The notes under the pieces were generated by a model that saw only the letters and a list, made by a program, of their open reading frames with translations, was not told the DNA's origin and did no database searches. Source: Camelus dromedarius (Eukaryota). From it: a stretch of 64,000 nucleotides of DNA. The stretch covers positions 17,174,001 to 17,238,000 of the forward strand of contig NC_087436.1 in assembly GCF_036321535.1 (NCBI RefSeq). Direction: 5' to 3'. Numbering within the stretch: the stretch's first letter is position 1; every line of letters starts with the position of its first letter. This document shows positions 11,571 to 23,894 of the stretch, piece by piece. The position numbers were made by a program, and so were the translations under genes.

Positions 11571-12604
11571 ATGCACAAAGCCCAGGTTGGTAATGACATT
11601 TGCATGGAAATGGGAGCTGTAAAGAAAAGAGACTTGTATTTAGGTCCAGCTGTCACACTGGGAAATTCTACAGCACAGGCCATCCACGACATGGTATCAG
11701 AAGACCCAGGCAGATATAAAGTATCATATGGAACCAACACTGTGGAGGAAAGTTAGAAGGAACCCTAAGTGTCACTCCTGTTTTTGATTTACTGAGATCA
11801 AGGCTGTCCACCCACATTTTGTTTGATGGACAGCAAGTGTTTTGCAAACTGAGGAGTAGCTTTTATGAAACATACACTTAGATATATTTTCCTTCAGATC
11901 TTTTCTGGCAGGATTCATACATGCTTGGAAATCCTGTGTTTTCTCAGTGAATGTCCACACAGTACCTCAAGGAGATGACATGAACACCCAGTTCTGCTTT
12001 ACTTTTTCAGATAAGGGTGGATTTATTATGCAATTTCAATTCAGTTTTTTGCAAAGATCAAAGGATACACTCATATTTAACTTAGAGTATCAAAAGAAAC
12101 ACGAAGACCTAAGAAATCTTATTATAAAGAATGGGCAGATAGTGGGCTGATTTTACTTTTATTCCTATGTTTCCAACCTGTGTATTCACACCTTCTTCAG
12201 GGATGCCAGCTTGTCATAGAATAGATTCATTTGAATTTCATTATCCATTAGCTACCTTCTGAAACATACATAAATTAACTCTAAAGTAGTCAAAAGGCTA
12301 CGAGTCATGAAAAGGAGGACAAAGAGACCACAAGGTTGAATGATTTCAGGGTAGTGTTAAGGATGTTCTGTGACTGAGGCCAGTTTAGGGGAGGAGTGAC
12401 TTCCTTGCATCTGACACACCCACTCCAGTAGGATAACAGGACATCCATTGATAGGATGCACAGCACGAACGAAGCCAGTTATCACCCAAGCTCTGTGGTC
12501 TGGAGGTAAAGAAATGAGATGAGATGAAATGTGGTCTTTCCTGGTGAGATTTCAAAATAGTAAAAATAATTTGTATAAAAACTATAGAGAGAGGTCACCT
12601 GGGA

Positions 12605-12782
12605 TGGTGGTAGAGCATGGATTTTATACACAGACTACTTGGTCTTACATACCAGCTTGCCATTCATCAACCGTGTGGGCTTGAGCCACTTAGTAAACTT
12701 GTGTCTCACTTTCCTCATCTGTAAAGTGAGAGTAAGAATAGGAGCTGCTCTATAGGACTGTGACAGAGGTAAGAAATTACTA
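12605..12782 (+). mobile_element. MIR SINE fragment
   Basis: gtgtgggcttgagccacttagtaaacttgtgtctcactttcctcatctgtaaagtg, the MIR core. Confidence 0.75.
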
Positions 12783-12974
12783 GAGGGTTTTTCAACCCTG
12801 ATGCTATTGATATTTCTGGCCAGATACTTTTCGGTTTGGGGAGAGGGGCCGTCCTGTGCGTTACAGAATATTTAGCATCCTCTCTTTCACCCACTAGATG
12901 GAGTAGCAACACCCCCTCTCAAATTGTGACAACCAAAATTATTTGCAGATGTTGCCCTTGATTGAGAACCACTG
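12783..12974. mobile_element. MER20 (hAT-Charlie MITE)
   Basis: gtcctgtgc...tttagcatcc...acccactagatg...tgtgacaaccaaaa...ttgagaaccactg. Degenerate 8-bp TSD aattacta / agttacca. Confidence 0.85.
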
Positions 12975-13550
12975 AGTTACCAGTTGTAAAACTCTCAGGG
13001 TAGTGCTCAGCATACAGTCAGTGCCATACAAATATTTGTCAAGTAAAACTGCTAATAAACTGATAGCAACATTGCAAAAGTAAGTGATAGAAATAAGGCA
13101 ACTAAAAGGGCCAGATACAAGCAACAGGTAGAACAAAATAAGGTGTTGGTCTTCCCCAGTTCATGCATTCAATCCTTAACAAATCATAGAGACATGATTT
13201 ATTTAGAAGCAATTCAGAAGAATTATGGGTAGAGTCACTTTGTTCCACTCTCAGGGAGTAGATATAGAATCCCCAAATCTAGTGCCTTTGAGGCAAAGAA
13301 TATCACCAGAAAGGCAGACATAGGTCCAGGGTGGACCACGGTGAACTGAAAAGGCATGCTTTTCGGAAAGGACCATCAGTGAGCTCCAGCAGCCTGGTAG
13401 CTTTGGAAATGTGGACCCCTTTCTGTCAAATCCAAGTAGTCTCCCTAGAACCTCACAAAGTTGTAGGACATGACTCAGTAGTGCATCATGTGAGGAGCTG
13501 CAACTTTCCAGCATTTTTTTTCATTTAATTTTCAGAGGTTTGTAGACTTC

Positions 13551-14299
13551 ACATCAGCATCATTAAAAAGTCCACTAACGATAAATGCTGGAGAAATTGC
13601 AGCCATTATGAAAGACAGTATGGAGATTCCTCAAAAGACTAAAAATAGACTTACCATATGATCCTGCAATCACACTCCTGGGCATATATCTGGCGGGAGC
13701 CTTAACTCAAAAAGCTATACACACCCCACTGTTCATAGCAGCACTGTTTACAATAGCCAATACATGGAAGTAACCTAAATGTCCATTGACAGATGACTGG
13801 ATAAAGAAGCTCTGGGATATTTATACAATGGAACACTACCCAGCCATCAAAAGTAATAATGCCATTTGCAGCAACATGGCTGGACCCGGAAGTTGTCATT
13901 CTAAGCAAAGTAAGCCAGAAAGAGAAAGAAAAATACCATATGATATCACTTTTATGTGGAATCTTAAAAAAAGACAAATGAACTTATTTACAAAACCAAA
14001 AAAGACTCACAGACAGAGAAAACAAACTTACGGTTACCAGGGGGAAAAGGGGGTGGAAAAGGATAAATTAGGAGTTGGAGATTTGCAGATACTAACCACT
14101 ATATATATAATAGATAAACGAGTTCATACTGGATAGCACAGGGAACTATATTCAATATCTTGTAGTAACCTATAATGAAAAAGAATATGAAAACAAATAT
14201 ATGCGTGTACATATATGACTGAAACATTATGCCATACATCAGAAATTGACACAACCTTGTAAACTGACTATACCTCAATAAAAAATAAATAAATAAATA
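13551..14299 (+). mobile_element. 5'-truncated LINE-1 (ORF2 C-terminus and 3' UTR) with (AAAT)n tail
   Basis: ORF2 remnant TDDWIKKLWDIYTMEHY. The 3' UTR ends aactgactatacctcaataaaaaataaataaataaa. Confidence 0.95.
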
Positions 14300-14839
14300 C
14301 AATGAATAAATATGCAAAGATAATTCCAGTCCTGTTTTCCATACGCCCACGTAGTCCTATATTCCTGAGAAAATAACTTAGGAGTAAGTGGCATTTAAAT
14401 AAATCCTAGAACTCAGGGACCAGGGTATTGTCTGCAAAGCCACTTTTCTTGCTTTGATACGATCAATTTTTTTTAACCAATATTTTAAGTTGGGTTTTGG
14501 AGAAGGCATCTTGATTTAGAATTTACCTTAAACCACCCTGTAGCATTTTAAATAATAAAGGCGTAGCTTGCATAATACTCTTTCACCACCAGGCACTCCA
14601 TTAATTTTGAATAGATTGATAGTGACTAATTGTGCAGAACTGATTGTTAAATAAAGCCAAAATAAGCAATTCAATTATGCTCTGGCTGATTAGGCTTTGT
14701 CATTCACACAAGATCTCACAGTCAGTCACCCTGGCCAGGCTTTCTCTATTTGTCTCCAAGCAATTCCATAACCTTGTAATTGTCATGGGCCATGCAACTC
14801 AATCTCAAAGACAGAATGAGATGAACTTCATCACTCTGA

Positions 14840-15005
14840 TAACATTTATTGAGCGTATACTAGATGCCAAACGCTGTGCTATACATTTCATGTATATTAT
14901 CATGTTTAACTTGCACAACTTGTGGGATAGGCATTATATTTTAACAAGTGAGAAAATGTAACCTCGGAAAAGTAAATTATCTTGCCCCATACTATCAGCT
15001 GCTAA
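14840..15005 (-). mobile_element. MIR SINE fragment
   Basis: aacatttattgagcg...gccaaacgctgtgcta...attttaacaagtgagaaa...cttgccc. Confidence 0.6.
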
Positions 15006-15064
15006 ATTGTAGGAATTATTTTTAGGTCAAAAATTTCCCTACTATGCTAAATAAATTCCTTCTT

Positions 15065-15147
15065 TTTTGTAGGTATTGGGGATTGAACCCAGGACCTTGT
15101 GTGTGCTAAGCATATACTCTACCACTGAGCTATACCCTCCACCCCTC
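15065..15147 (-). mobile_element. tRNA-derived SINE, camelid Vic-1 type
   Basis: Reverse complement reads ggagggtatagctcagtggtagag...gtcctgggttcaatcccc (A and B boxes) plus an A tail. TSD aattccttctt at 15054-15064 and 15150-15160. Confidence 0.9.
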
Positions 15148-16984
15148 TGAATTCCTTCTTAAAGTTAGAATAAACAAAGTGTTGGAACGTTAGTAAAAAG
15201 GAAAGAGTGATATGCTAGGCACATATGTGCCTATATATATTTTTTTAATTCATATTTATAAATTCCTTTGTTGGCTACATAAAAAGACACAAGCAACAAT
15301 TACACAGAATAGTCCAGAGTTACTACCATCATAGACACAGAGGGACAGTTCACATAATAGTAGCAAGATTTAGCACCATCCAGGAACAGGAAGTTCCAAA
15401 GTAAACAAAATAGAAGTCCTGCCTTATAGAACTTATGTTTTAATGCAGGGGCAAAGCAATGCCAGAAAAATCAAAGAAGAGGATTCAACCTTAAAGAGAA
15501 TAAAGTCAATCTCTTTAGCCAAATTTACCTAAGAATGTCACCAACTGAAGGAAGGGTTGGATTGGCTGTTGAAATTAGAACCAGGCTTCATTTGTAATTA
15601 AACCTAAGTAAGGTGTATGGGGTTCTCATTCCACAGCTATCTCTCTGTGGTTGAAGATTTAGTAAAGACTCATTCTATTATTTTTACAGATAGGTGCTTA
15701 AACCATGGGCTACAGCTGAAAATTACTCTTAGGATTTTGGTACACAGAAGGAACACACAGAAATACTCCTTACATAGTAGCACCTTAGCAAGAATCAGTC
15801 TCTTCTAGAGGCTGAAGGAAAGACAAAAATAGATGCAAATATAGATACTGATATAACTAAAGGGGGTAAAGGGAAAAATACAGACACACAAACACATGTA
15901 GTTGGTTTACAGGCAAAGAATAATTTCCACCTTGCACAGAGACAGCACAAATCAGAGAGGGCTCCAGAGGGGGCTCTTTGATTTTGAAAATGGTTGGCCC
16001 TTTGTGCGATTCCTACCAGGTCCTATTTTAAACTTTATGGACTTCTTAGCTTCCCTCTGGTAATACACGATTGCCCACAGATCTGCGCCCACTGGAACAA
16101 GAGGAAAATGACAGTCACTTCTATCCATCTCAATAATATGGTAACTTTCAAGCCTAATTACGAGTGTCTAAATGTCAGCTCTGTTAAACACCTCACTTCT
16201 GATCATTGTAATCACTGTTAATAAGTTCATTTTGTACAGAGAAAGGGAAGAGAAAAATGACTTGCCAGGTCTTGATATTCTATGGGAGAAAACACACATC
16301 CAACTTTATGAAAATTCATGGGTTTAGTTTGACTCATTGAGATCCTTTACATTCTGTAGTGGTTAAAAAAATAAAAAACAATCCTTTTAAGGAATATACT
16401 TGGTATTCTGGCTCCTATGGGTTTTTGAAAGAAGTTGCGAAGGCAGCTTGAATTAATGAATAAATATACTATTAATAACCCTCCTTGTAAGTGTATTTGG
16501 TTTTAAAATTTGAGTCCTTGACTCAAGGGACTGTATCAATAAAAAAATTCCATGTTTGCCATCAATTCAAGTATATCCCAGTGCATCATTTTATTGGAGA
16601 TTCAACCAACAGCATTGCAAGTGATCTTTACGTTTTAGTATATTTAGTCAGTGACCTGGGGGCCAGCGGCAAACTGAAAATTATAAAGCTGCCCCTGCAG
16701 CTTATCAAAGGGACACTAGATGAAACTGATTGATTGAGGGCCCGAGGCTTAGGGGAGAGACAGGAAATTAAAAACAGAAAGTGGGTAGGGGAAGCTAGTG
16801 TGGGTAGAAGATATAATGAGACGTAGGAGACTTGTGATGCTAACTCTACCCCAAAAGGTATAATATTTCAATAGTATTGAAAAGCACATAATAAGGAAAT
16901 GAAGTGTTAAAAATGTCAATTATCTGTAAATTAACCTTTCTGTCTTATGACCTGTTTATGTATCTGTCTGTGTCTCTGTGATAG

Positions 16985-17080
16985 ATGATGGGCAGGGACA
17001 ATGTCTTCTTCATCTCTGTGTCTTGAGTGTTTAGTTATATCTACAAGTGCTCAATATGTTAGTTTAAGGAATGAATAAAC
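16985..17080 (+). mobile_element. L2 3' end fragment
   Basis: ggcagggacaatgtctt...gtgctcaatatg...gaatgaataaa. Confidence 0.5.
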
Positions 17081-18759
17081 TTGACCATTTGTCTTCCACC
17101 CTTAGTGCAGAGCGGTGAGAAAACAGTGTAACATGCCCTCCTCAGCTGTAAACCACCCCCTGGCCTCACAGCCCATACTAAAGACAGCCTCCTCCCCATG
17201 TTTCAGCTCTCAGTTTTCAGAAGAATTCTTTGGAAGACAACTGAGAAAAAATTCCTTGAGAGTGATGCTTGCATTGGAGGACAACATTATGAAGAAATGG
17301 GTGAGAAGTAATCTGTCTTAGACCCTAATGGAGAACATATTCAAGAGTGACTTCAAAGAAATATATACTTCTGCAGGGATTTCGCTGTAGAAGAATGAAG
17401 GTTATTGATCTCTATTCTTGTGACTGGGCCTTCCATACAGAGATCCTTGCAGCCAACATCTTGTCTCTTTGTGACTCTCACCAATAGGTTTCAAAACTAA
17501 CACGAAATACAAACGCAGGTCAGATATATCTACAAGGGTGTGAGTGGGTCATCAAAGTTCACAATGTACAGAAAAATCACAGTTGGGGACAAACAGATCA
17601 ATACTCGAATCAAAAGCGGAAGATGGCAAATCTGACTACGGTGCATCATACAAAAAGGGGGAAGAAAAAAAAGAGTGATAATGGCTCTGTCCTCAGAGCC
17701 AGCTGGGGGTGAACAAGGAGAAACCAGGCAGTTACTTGAATTGTGGGCTGCTCTTGTGGGATTTTTTTGGAAGGCCTTTGACTCTATGCACAGATGCATT
17801 TTCTTGAATATTAAAAAGGAACCTGTTTCCCACAGCAGAGTTGACATGATCTCTGGCACCTTCTATTTCAAATATCAAATGAAGGCAAATGAGATTTTTC
17901 TTCCTTAGTAGCTTGGAAGGTGAACCAAAGCACTGCCTTAGAAGCACACGGGAGAATTCAGTCCGGGTATTTCGGCCGCTTCTGTCACATCCGTAGCAGC
18001 ATCAGCGCCCTGCACCAACACTGAACTTTGAGAAACAGGACATGTGAGACTAGAGTTAAGGCTCATTATAAATTTCTTCCATGCCCACCAATTTATTTTC
18101 ATTAAGCTCACTGTCAATGTCATTTAGAGGGGAGAAAAGGGAGAAAAAATTAACTCACCTAAGTTGAATGTGGTGCCAATATAGAATCCAGCTCTTGGAC
18201 AAATAAAAGGTCTACTGAGAGGCAAGTTTTTAACCTTCTGGAAATGAAGCAGCCTATACTTTCCAAATAAATGCTTCACACCTGGCAAGACCTGAACAAG
18301 ACCACTAATATATATTGTTTGGATGGATAAATAAATCTTCAAATGAGTGAGCCCCGGAGAATGTTAAATAGCAAGGCGGCTGCTCTGAAAAGAGGACCTT
18401 GAGATACAATCACTGCAGGAATGAAGGCATGTGGGGTGCAGAGCAGAGGAGAAGGTGACAGTGGGACATGTAAGCACCTGTTCTGTGAAATCATGGAGTA
18501 GGAAGGCCCTGGACAGGGACAGAAACTGACCCGCAAAGAGAAAGAAACACAGCACAACGAAGAAAGGGAGACACCTGCAGAAAACCAGCAGACACTGGGC
18601 AAACAAGGGAAGAAGGACGTGGACTTACCTTTACTGATTTCCTATCATGAACCTGACACCACTCAGCTCATCTTTCAAATGCTATCCTGTAATGTATGAG
18701 AAGCACACATCCCCGTTGGTGCGGAGTTCATGATGTCCCAGGCACAAAGTTCATAGTTT

Positions 18760-19105
18760 TACAGACTTCATCACTCTGAATCCTCCCATCAGCTCTCTTG
18801 CAAATAAGGAAGTTTTTTTTTTTTTTGAGTAAAGGTAGATTTATTTAGAGAGATACATACTGCATAGAATGTAGGCTGTTTCAGAAGGTGAGAGAAAGGC
18901 CACGAGGTGTGGGGGTTGGGCACTCAGCTTCAAGTAAAAGTGGATACACACTCCATAGACAGAGTGCGGGCTGTCTCCCGCGATGAGGGACCGAGAGAGG
19001 CACTATAAGGAAACGGTTCAGAGAGTCTATCTTGTCCAAGGCTATGCAAGAAGTAAATGATGCAGGCAGGACTTGCTGTCAGGTCTCTGACTCCAAAGTA
19101 GATGA
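18760..19105 (-). mobile_element. MIR fragment, host of the insertion at 18812-19004
   Basis: ttgcaaataaggaa...aaacggttcagagag...cttgtccaaggc...gcaggacttg...aggtctctgactccaaag. Confidence 0.6.
18812..19004 (-). mobile_element. Poly(A)-tailed retroposed element of probable ERV LTR origin
   Basis: T14 at 18813-18826. A minus-strand AATAAA (tttatt, 18840-18845) lies 13 nt from the tail. Direct repeats ataaggaa at 18804-18811 and 19005-19012. Internal dimeric repeat; CpGs retained. Confidence 0.7.
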
Positions 19106-21533
19106 TTTTTCTGCACAGTGTCTTCCTACATGGCCAAGAAGCAGATTCACATGTAACAGATAAACCCTGAGAATAGTGAAAACCATCAAAAACTCATGAT
19201 CAATTCTTTAGAACAATGTGTACATTTGTAACAGTATTTTACAGTTTTCTGTAGTAAGTGGCAGTGACACGCATCTATACGCCTGTATTGTCTGGCATAT
19301 GAATTCCAACCCTTCTAATTAATCACAATCCTGATCTGCTTCCTGAAGGACCTCAGCTTTGAATCAACTCTAAAACACTTGCATAGGACTTGTTTCCAGT
19401 TAGCACAGTTTTCCCTCACCCACCCCCACCCCACTTGTTACCCACAGCATGCGCTTGCGAGATGTCTGGCCAGGTTTGGGGGTGCAACTTGTGAATGTAG
19501 AATAGGTTAGTTTTTCTCTCTGAGTTCATTTTCCTGGTTTCTATGGGGAAAGAACCCATGCTTTTGGCCTTATTAGCTCCACACCAATTGAGCTCACTGA
19601 CCCAGATAAATATTGTCTGTCTGACATGTGCTTTAGAATAATACATATGCAAAGCTATCGACTGCTCTCAGTGACTGGTGTTCATGGAGAGAGTCAGAGA
19701 TTAGAATAAGCCCCAACACCAGAGAGCCCCATGCTTCCCCCGAGTGTCTTTCCTACTTGCCTTTTTGCCTCTACTGCATGATTTATTTTCTGGGGTTGAA
19801 GGATTCTAATAATGGTTTGGCTAAGCTAAGGTTAAAATTAGTTTGCATTTCCTGCCCACACAGCAACTGATGGCAGGGAATTTATCCTGCGAGCAGGCTG
19901 CACAGTGGGAGAAGCTGGCTCAGGAAGTGCCAGAGGTAATCTGGGAAGTGGAAGGAAAATGTCTGTGATGATCATTGAAAGACAGCCTTAGCTCACTGGG
20001 ATCACGGAAAAATCATCTTCCTCTCCAAAAGCAGGGCAAGAAGGACCAGAGGACAAGAGTCCACCACTACAGGGGAAAAGAGGGGAGGACAGAATGTTGC
20101 ATAAAAATGCCGATGACGCTGTGGTGGCCATCGGGGGTAGACGCTCAGGCATGGAGCCAATCTTCTTGGAAAAAAGTCTCACTATTGTTAGAGATTTTCC
20201 ATGAACGATACTTTTTCTTAGCCTAGCTTATTCATCTGGGAACATAAAAACAATGTCATTCTCCTTCTTGCATTATGAGACTTCCATTTCTTTTACTCAT
20301 GAGAATTTGTGACTTAAGAAAAGCTAGCACGGGTCCAATTAACCTGCTTTGTTCATCATTCAAAGGACTTTGCTGCCAAGGCCTTCATTTTGACTTAATA
20401 ATGAAACTATTGAAGTTACAGGGATAAAGCAAGGAATTCAAAATGTAAAGAATGCCACCAAAAGTGATTGGCTTCCATTGGAATGTTTTTGTATCTGGCT
20501 TAGACAAGCACTAGAAATAAGTTTGGATTTAGGGAATTGTGTAATACTTTTTTTTTTTTCGAAGAAATGTGCTGCTTTTTGTTAAGAAATGGGTGATACA
20601 AACACTAGAATTAATCTGTGTTTTTTAAAGCTCAGAATGCTAAATGCAGCCACAAAATTATGAAAAGAGTAAAGTCATCAAGTATTTCAGAATTACTTGG
20701 TGCAGGAGACTGCAAAAGCTCAGCCACCATAAACTAAAATGCATTTTAACAGACATTTTCATTTAATGTAAATTTCTGGGCTTAGCAGGTAGGAAAGCAC
20801 AAGACGCGGTTCCATGCATGTTGTATTGTGAATCAGAAAGCAGCTAGGAAGCAAACAGGCCTTGGACGAAGGATCTTTATCTTGGCAAGTTTATGAGCAA
20901 CTCCTCTCAAACTAAAGCACTAGTACTTCCCGCCCTTGCTACACTAAGCCCTTCTTGGTTAGTAGCCTAACCAGCAAGGCTATGTGCTTCCATCCTTGTC
21001 TTTTGTTATGCTAGTTGGTTTGGATAGATCTAGTTGCTGCATATTCAGTGGCCGTGGGCGATATTTGTTCCTTTGTGACTCAAAGAAGGCTTTAAAAGGA
21101 CAATCAGAGAGCCCTGGGCCAGAGGGGGTGTTACATTCCTTTCATTCTGGCGACCTCTCCAAAGTGACTGTCTCTTTTCCCAGAGCCCTATGGAAGGACC
21201 AGAGTAGAGTATTGGGCAGCACTCAGGCTCAAAAAATCTGAACGAGACCATACTAGCTCCTGAACCAACGGGAGAGTCGGAAGTATATCTTTTTTACCAC
21301 AGAAGTCAAGGAGCAGCTTCCACCCATGTACACGGGTGACCAATGGGATGAAACACCCACCTCTAGCTACCCGCTAGAAATGCAGCAGAATCCTGTCCCA
21401 CACATCCAAAACGGGGCTGCATATAGGTGAGGAGAGAGAGAGAAGGCAGAATTGGCCAAAAGAATGTAGTCTATCATGAGCAAGCAAACTCTAAACTACT
21501 GAGAAAGGAGGGAAGGGGGCAGGGCATAATCAC

Positions 21534-22102
21534 TGAAGGAATAACACAGTAATGGAGGACAAACTGGTTAGAACCATGACGGCAGAAGATTCGACCTCCA
21601 GTAGACCTTGAGCCTCATGGTGCACCCACAGGTGCCACGACAGTTCCCAGGCTGACCATAAAAGGTCAAAAAGTGGGTGGGGTCCAATTCCTGGAAATCC
21701 CATCTCCTCCTCAAAGTAATTGAAATAACCCTCCTCCTCATTAGCATATGAATTTACCGAGCCCATTAAAACCGACAACCTCTCACCTCATGGCTGCTCT
21801 CTTTTGCTTTCTGAGATGACTTCCACTCTGTCCATGGAGTGTGTCCCTGCTTTTACTTTAAACTAAACTTCCTCAGTCCTCATGGGCTCTCTCGCTCCTT
21901 CGCTCCCCACCCGTCTCCTTTTGAGATGGCCCGCGTTCTGCCTATAGAATATGTATCTCCTAAGCCGTTTTCCCTTCTGAGTGAGACAGACTGCACTCTG
22001 TGTATGGAGTGTGCATCTCCTTACATAAATTTGCTTTCACTTTACTATGTCTTGCTGCTGAATTCTTTCCTGTGCGAGACAAGAACCTATTTTCAGGTAA
22101 CA
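21534..22102 (+). mobile_element. ERV1 solo LTR, MER41-like lineage
   Basis: gaagattcgacctccagtagaccttgagcctc...cacccacaggtgccacgacagtt. Ends ggtaaca. Shares motifs with the LTR at 63324-63953. The left boundary is uncertain. Confidence 0.75.
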
Positions 22103-22399
22103 ACTCCCAGGATTGCCGAGCTTCCAGGACTGCTTCTTCAAGTGGCAGATGTCGATGGTTGGGACAATGGAGAGTAGGGAAAAATATTTTCCCTCAGCTT
22201 CTACATGCAAATATTCCTGTAGCCTGGTGAGCAGAGATAGTTGGTAATATCATCAAACGAGAGCCCTAAGTCATTATTGACAAGTTGATGTTCAAAGAAG
22301 CAGTGGTTTAATAGTTCAAAGGGTAGTTTAAGAATTCAGCATACGTGTCAAGTTGGACTGAATTTGGCTGTTATAAAAACTTGATGAACAATGAGATGA

Positions 22400-22620
22400 A
22401 TAAAATTGGAGATTATCCATCTCATGTAACAGGAAGTTCAGTGGTAGGCATTTCAGGGCTGGTTTGATTGTTCCAAGATCCTGTCAAAACCTGGGCTCCT
22501 TCTAACTTCCTTATATCTTTTTGGTTGCAAGGTGGTTATTGAACTTAGAAGACATCATGTGTTTGTTCCAGTAGGAAGAAGGAGGCTAGACAAAGGGCAA
22601 CAGACAAAGGGGGAAAGTCT
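22400..22620 (-). mobile_element. Old MaLR LTR fragment (MLT1J/K-like)
   Basis: tctcatgtaacaggaagttcagtggtaggc...cagggctggtt...tggttgcaaggtgg. Confidence 0.5.
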
Positions 22621-22944
22621 CCTTCTCGTGTAGTTTTGCATTTTTATTTGGACATGCTTTGCATAGAGTGCTCATTGACAAGTGAGGTTTGTCTAGAAAT
22701 CTACAACAGCATCATTGATCCAGCTACTGAAACGCTGAGACTGCATTCTGTTTGCAAAGGTGTACGGCTATCTTGTCCTAGAGCTAGATATAGAAATACA
22801 AAGTACGTAAGACAAGGTAGACCAGCAGATGCTGGAAATCAGTGGGCATATTCACTAGAGTGGGGGCAAGTACCACATCGTGTGCAGAAAGAAGCAGATT
22901 CAGTTACAAGCGATTTGAGGAATCCAGTCCAGCATTCCATAGAG

Positions 22945-23015
22945 CAGTAGTTGTCAAAGTTTGGCTCCTGGACAAACAACATCAGTGACTCTCAGATATT
23001 GTCTGAAATGCAAAC
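22945..23015. mobile_element. MER5A-like hAT MITE fragment
   Basis: cagtagttgtcaaagtttggctcctggac...aacatcag...gaaatgcaaa. Confidence 0.6.
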
Positions 23016-23264
23016 TTAGTTCAGCCTTAGGGTAGGGGTTTTGAGAAGGACTCTAGGCTCAGCAGAAAGTTCAGCAAGAGCTAAGTGATTTGTGGTCTTG
23101 AGGTGAGCAGAAGATGGTAAAAAAGAACTTGGGTAAAAGTTTTGAGACTTGGTATCAGTGACAAAGCCAACACTTAATTCTTCTGTGATGAACAAAGGTT
23201 AGGAAGGGACTACTTGCAGGCATTTCCCATGACCATGGGATTAAACCTCCTTGAATCTCCCCTA

Positions 23265-23421
23265 AATAATCTTGGCAGCATATTAGAATCACTTGGGTCA
23301 TTTTTTTTTTAAGAAACCCAAGCCAACTACGTTAGAATTTCTGAGGGAGGGTCCCAGGCGTTGGCAACTTTAAGAAGCTCGCCGAGTGGTTCTAATGTTC
23401 TGCCAGGGTTGAAAACTACTG
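23265..23421. mobile_element. MER5-family hAT MITE
   Basis: cttggcagcatattagaatcacttggg...ttctaatg...gccagggttgaaaactactg. Confidence 0.75.
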
Positions 23422-23894
23422 TCTTAGGACTCTCTAGGCAAGAATCAGTAAGTTCAGTTTGGGGAAGGTTAGGGTTATGAAGACGGCATTATGACAGGGA
23501 ACTAAATGACTATGGTTTTCTCACCTGTAAGTTGGTGAGAAGACGAACATCTGACTGGTACTTGCCGGAGACAATGTACAAAGACCACTGAGGGGAGTTA
23601 CTGGCACAAAATGCATATTCAATAAATGTTTGTGAGTCCTTGCAATGATATTACAAGCTCCGTGGGAATGGGGACTATTTGTGACACTAACCCAATGCCA
23701 AGCGCATCATGAAGCACAGAGTCTGCAAAGAACAAGTATTTACTAAATAAACAGGTGAGTATTTCATCTTCGGGGAATTAAAAGTGAAAGTGAAATGTAT
23801 TCTCCACCTTCCATGATCACAGAGATGGCGTAAAGGCCGCTGAGCTCAAGTTCATAGAGCCTGTTTTTTGTGCTTCTTAAAAATTTTGTCTGGA

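Noticed and set aside
15065..15147. tRNA genes here and at 61028-61117
   Set aside because: A and B boxes are present, but the A tails, TSDs and broken cloverleaf pairing indicate SINEs
15960..15976. CTCF-like ctccagagggggctc, and also gactgagggggcac at about 53780
   Set aside because: The spacing or 5' half does not fit the core motif
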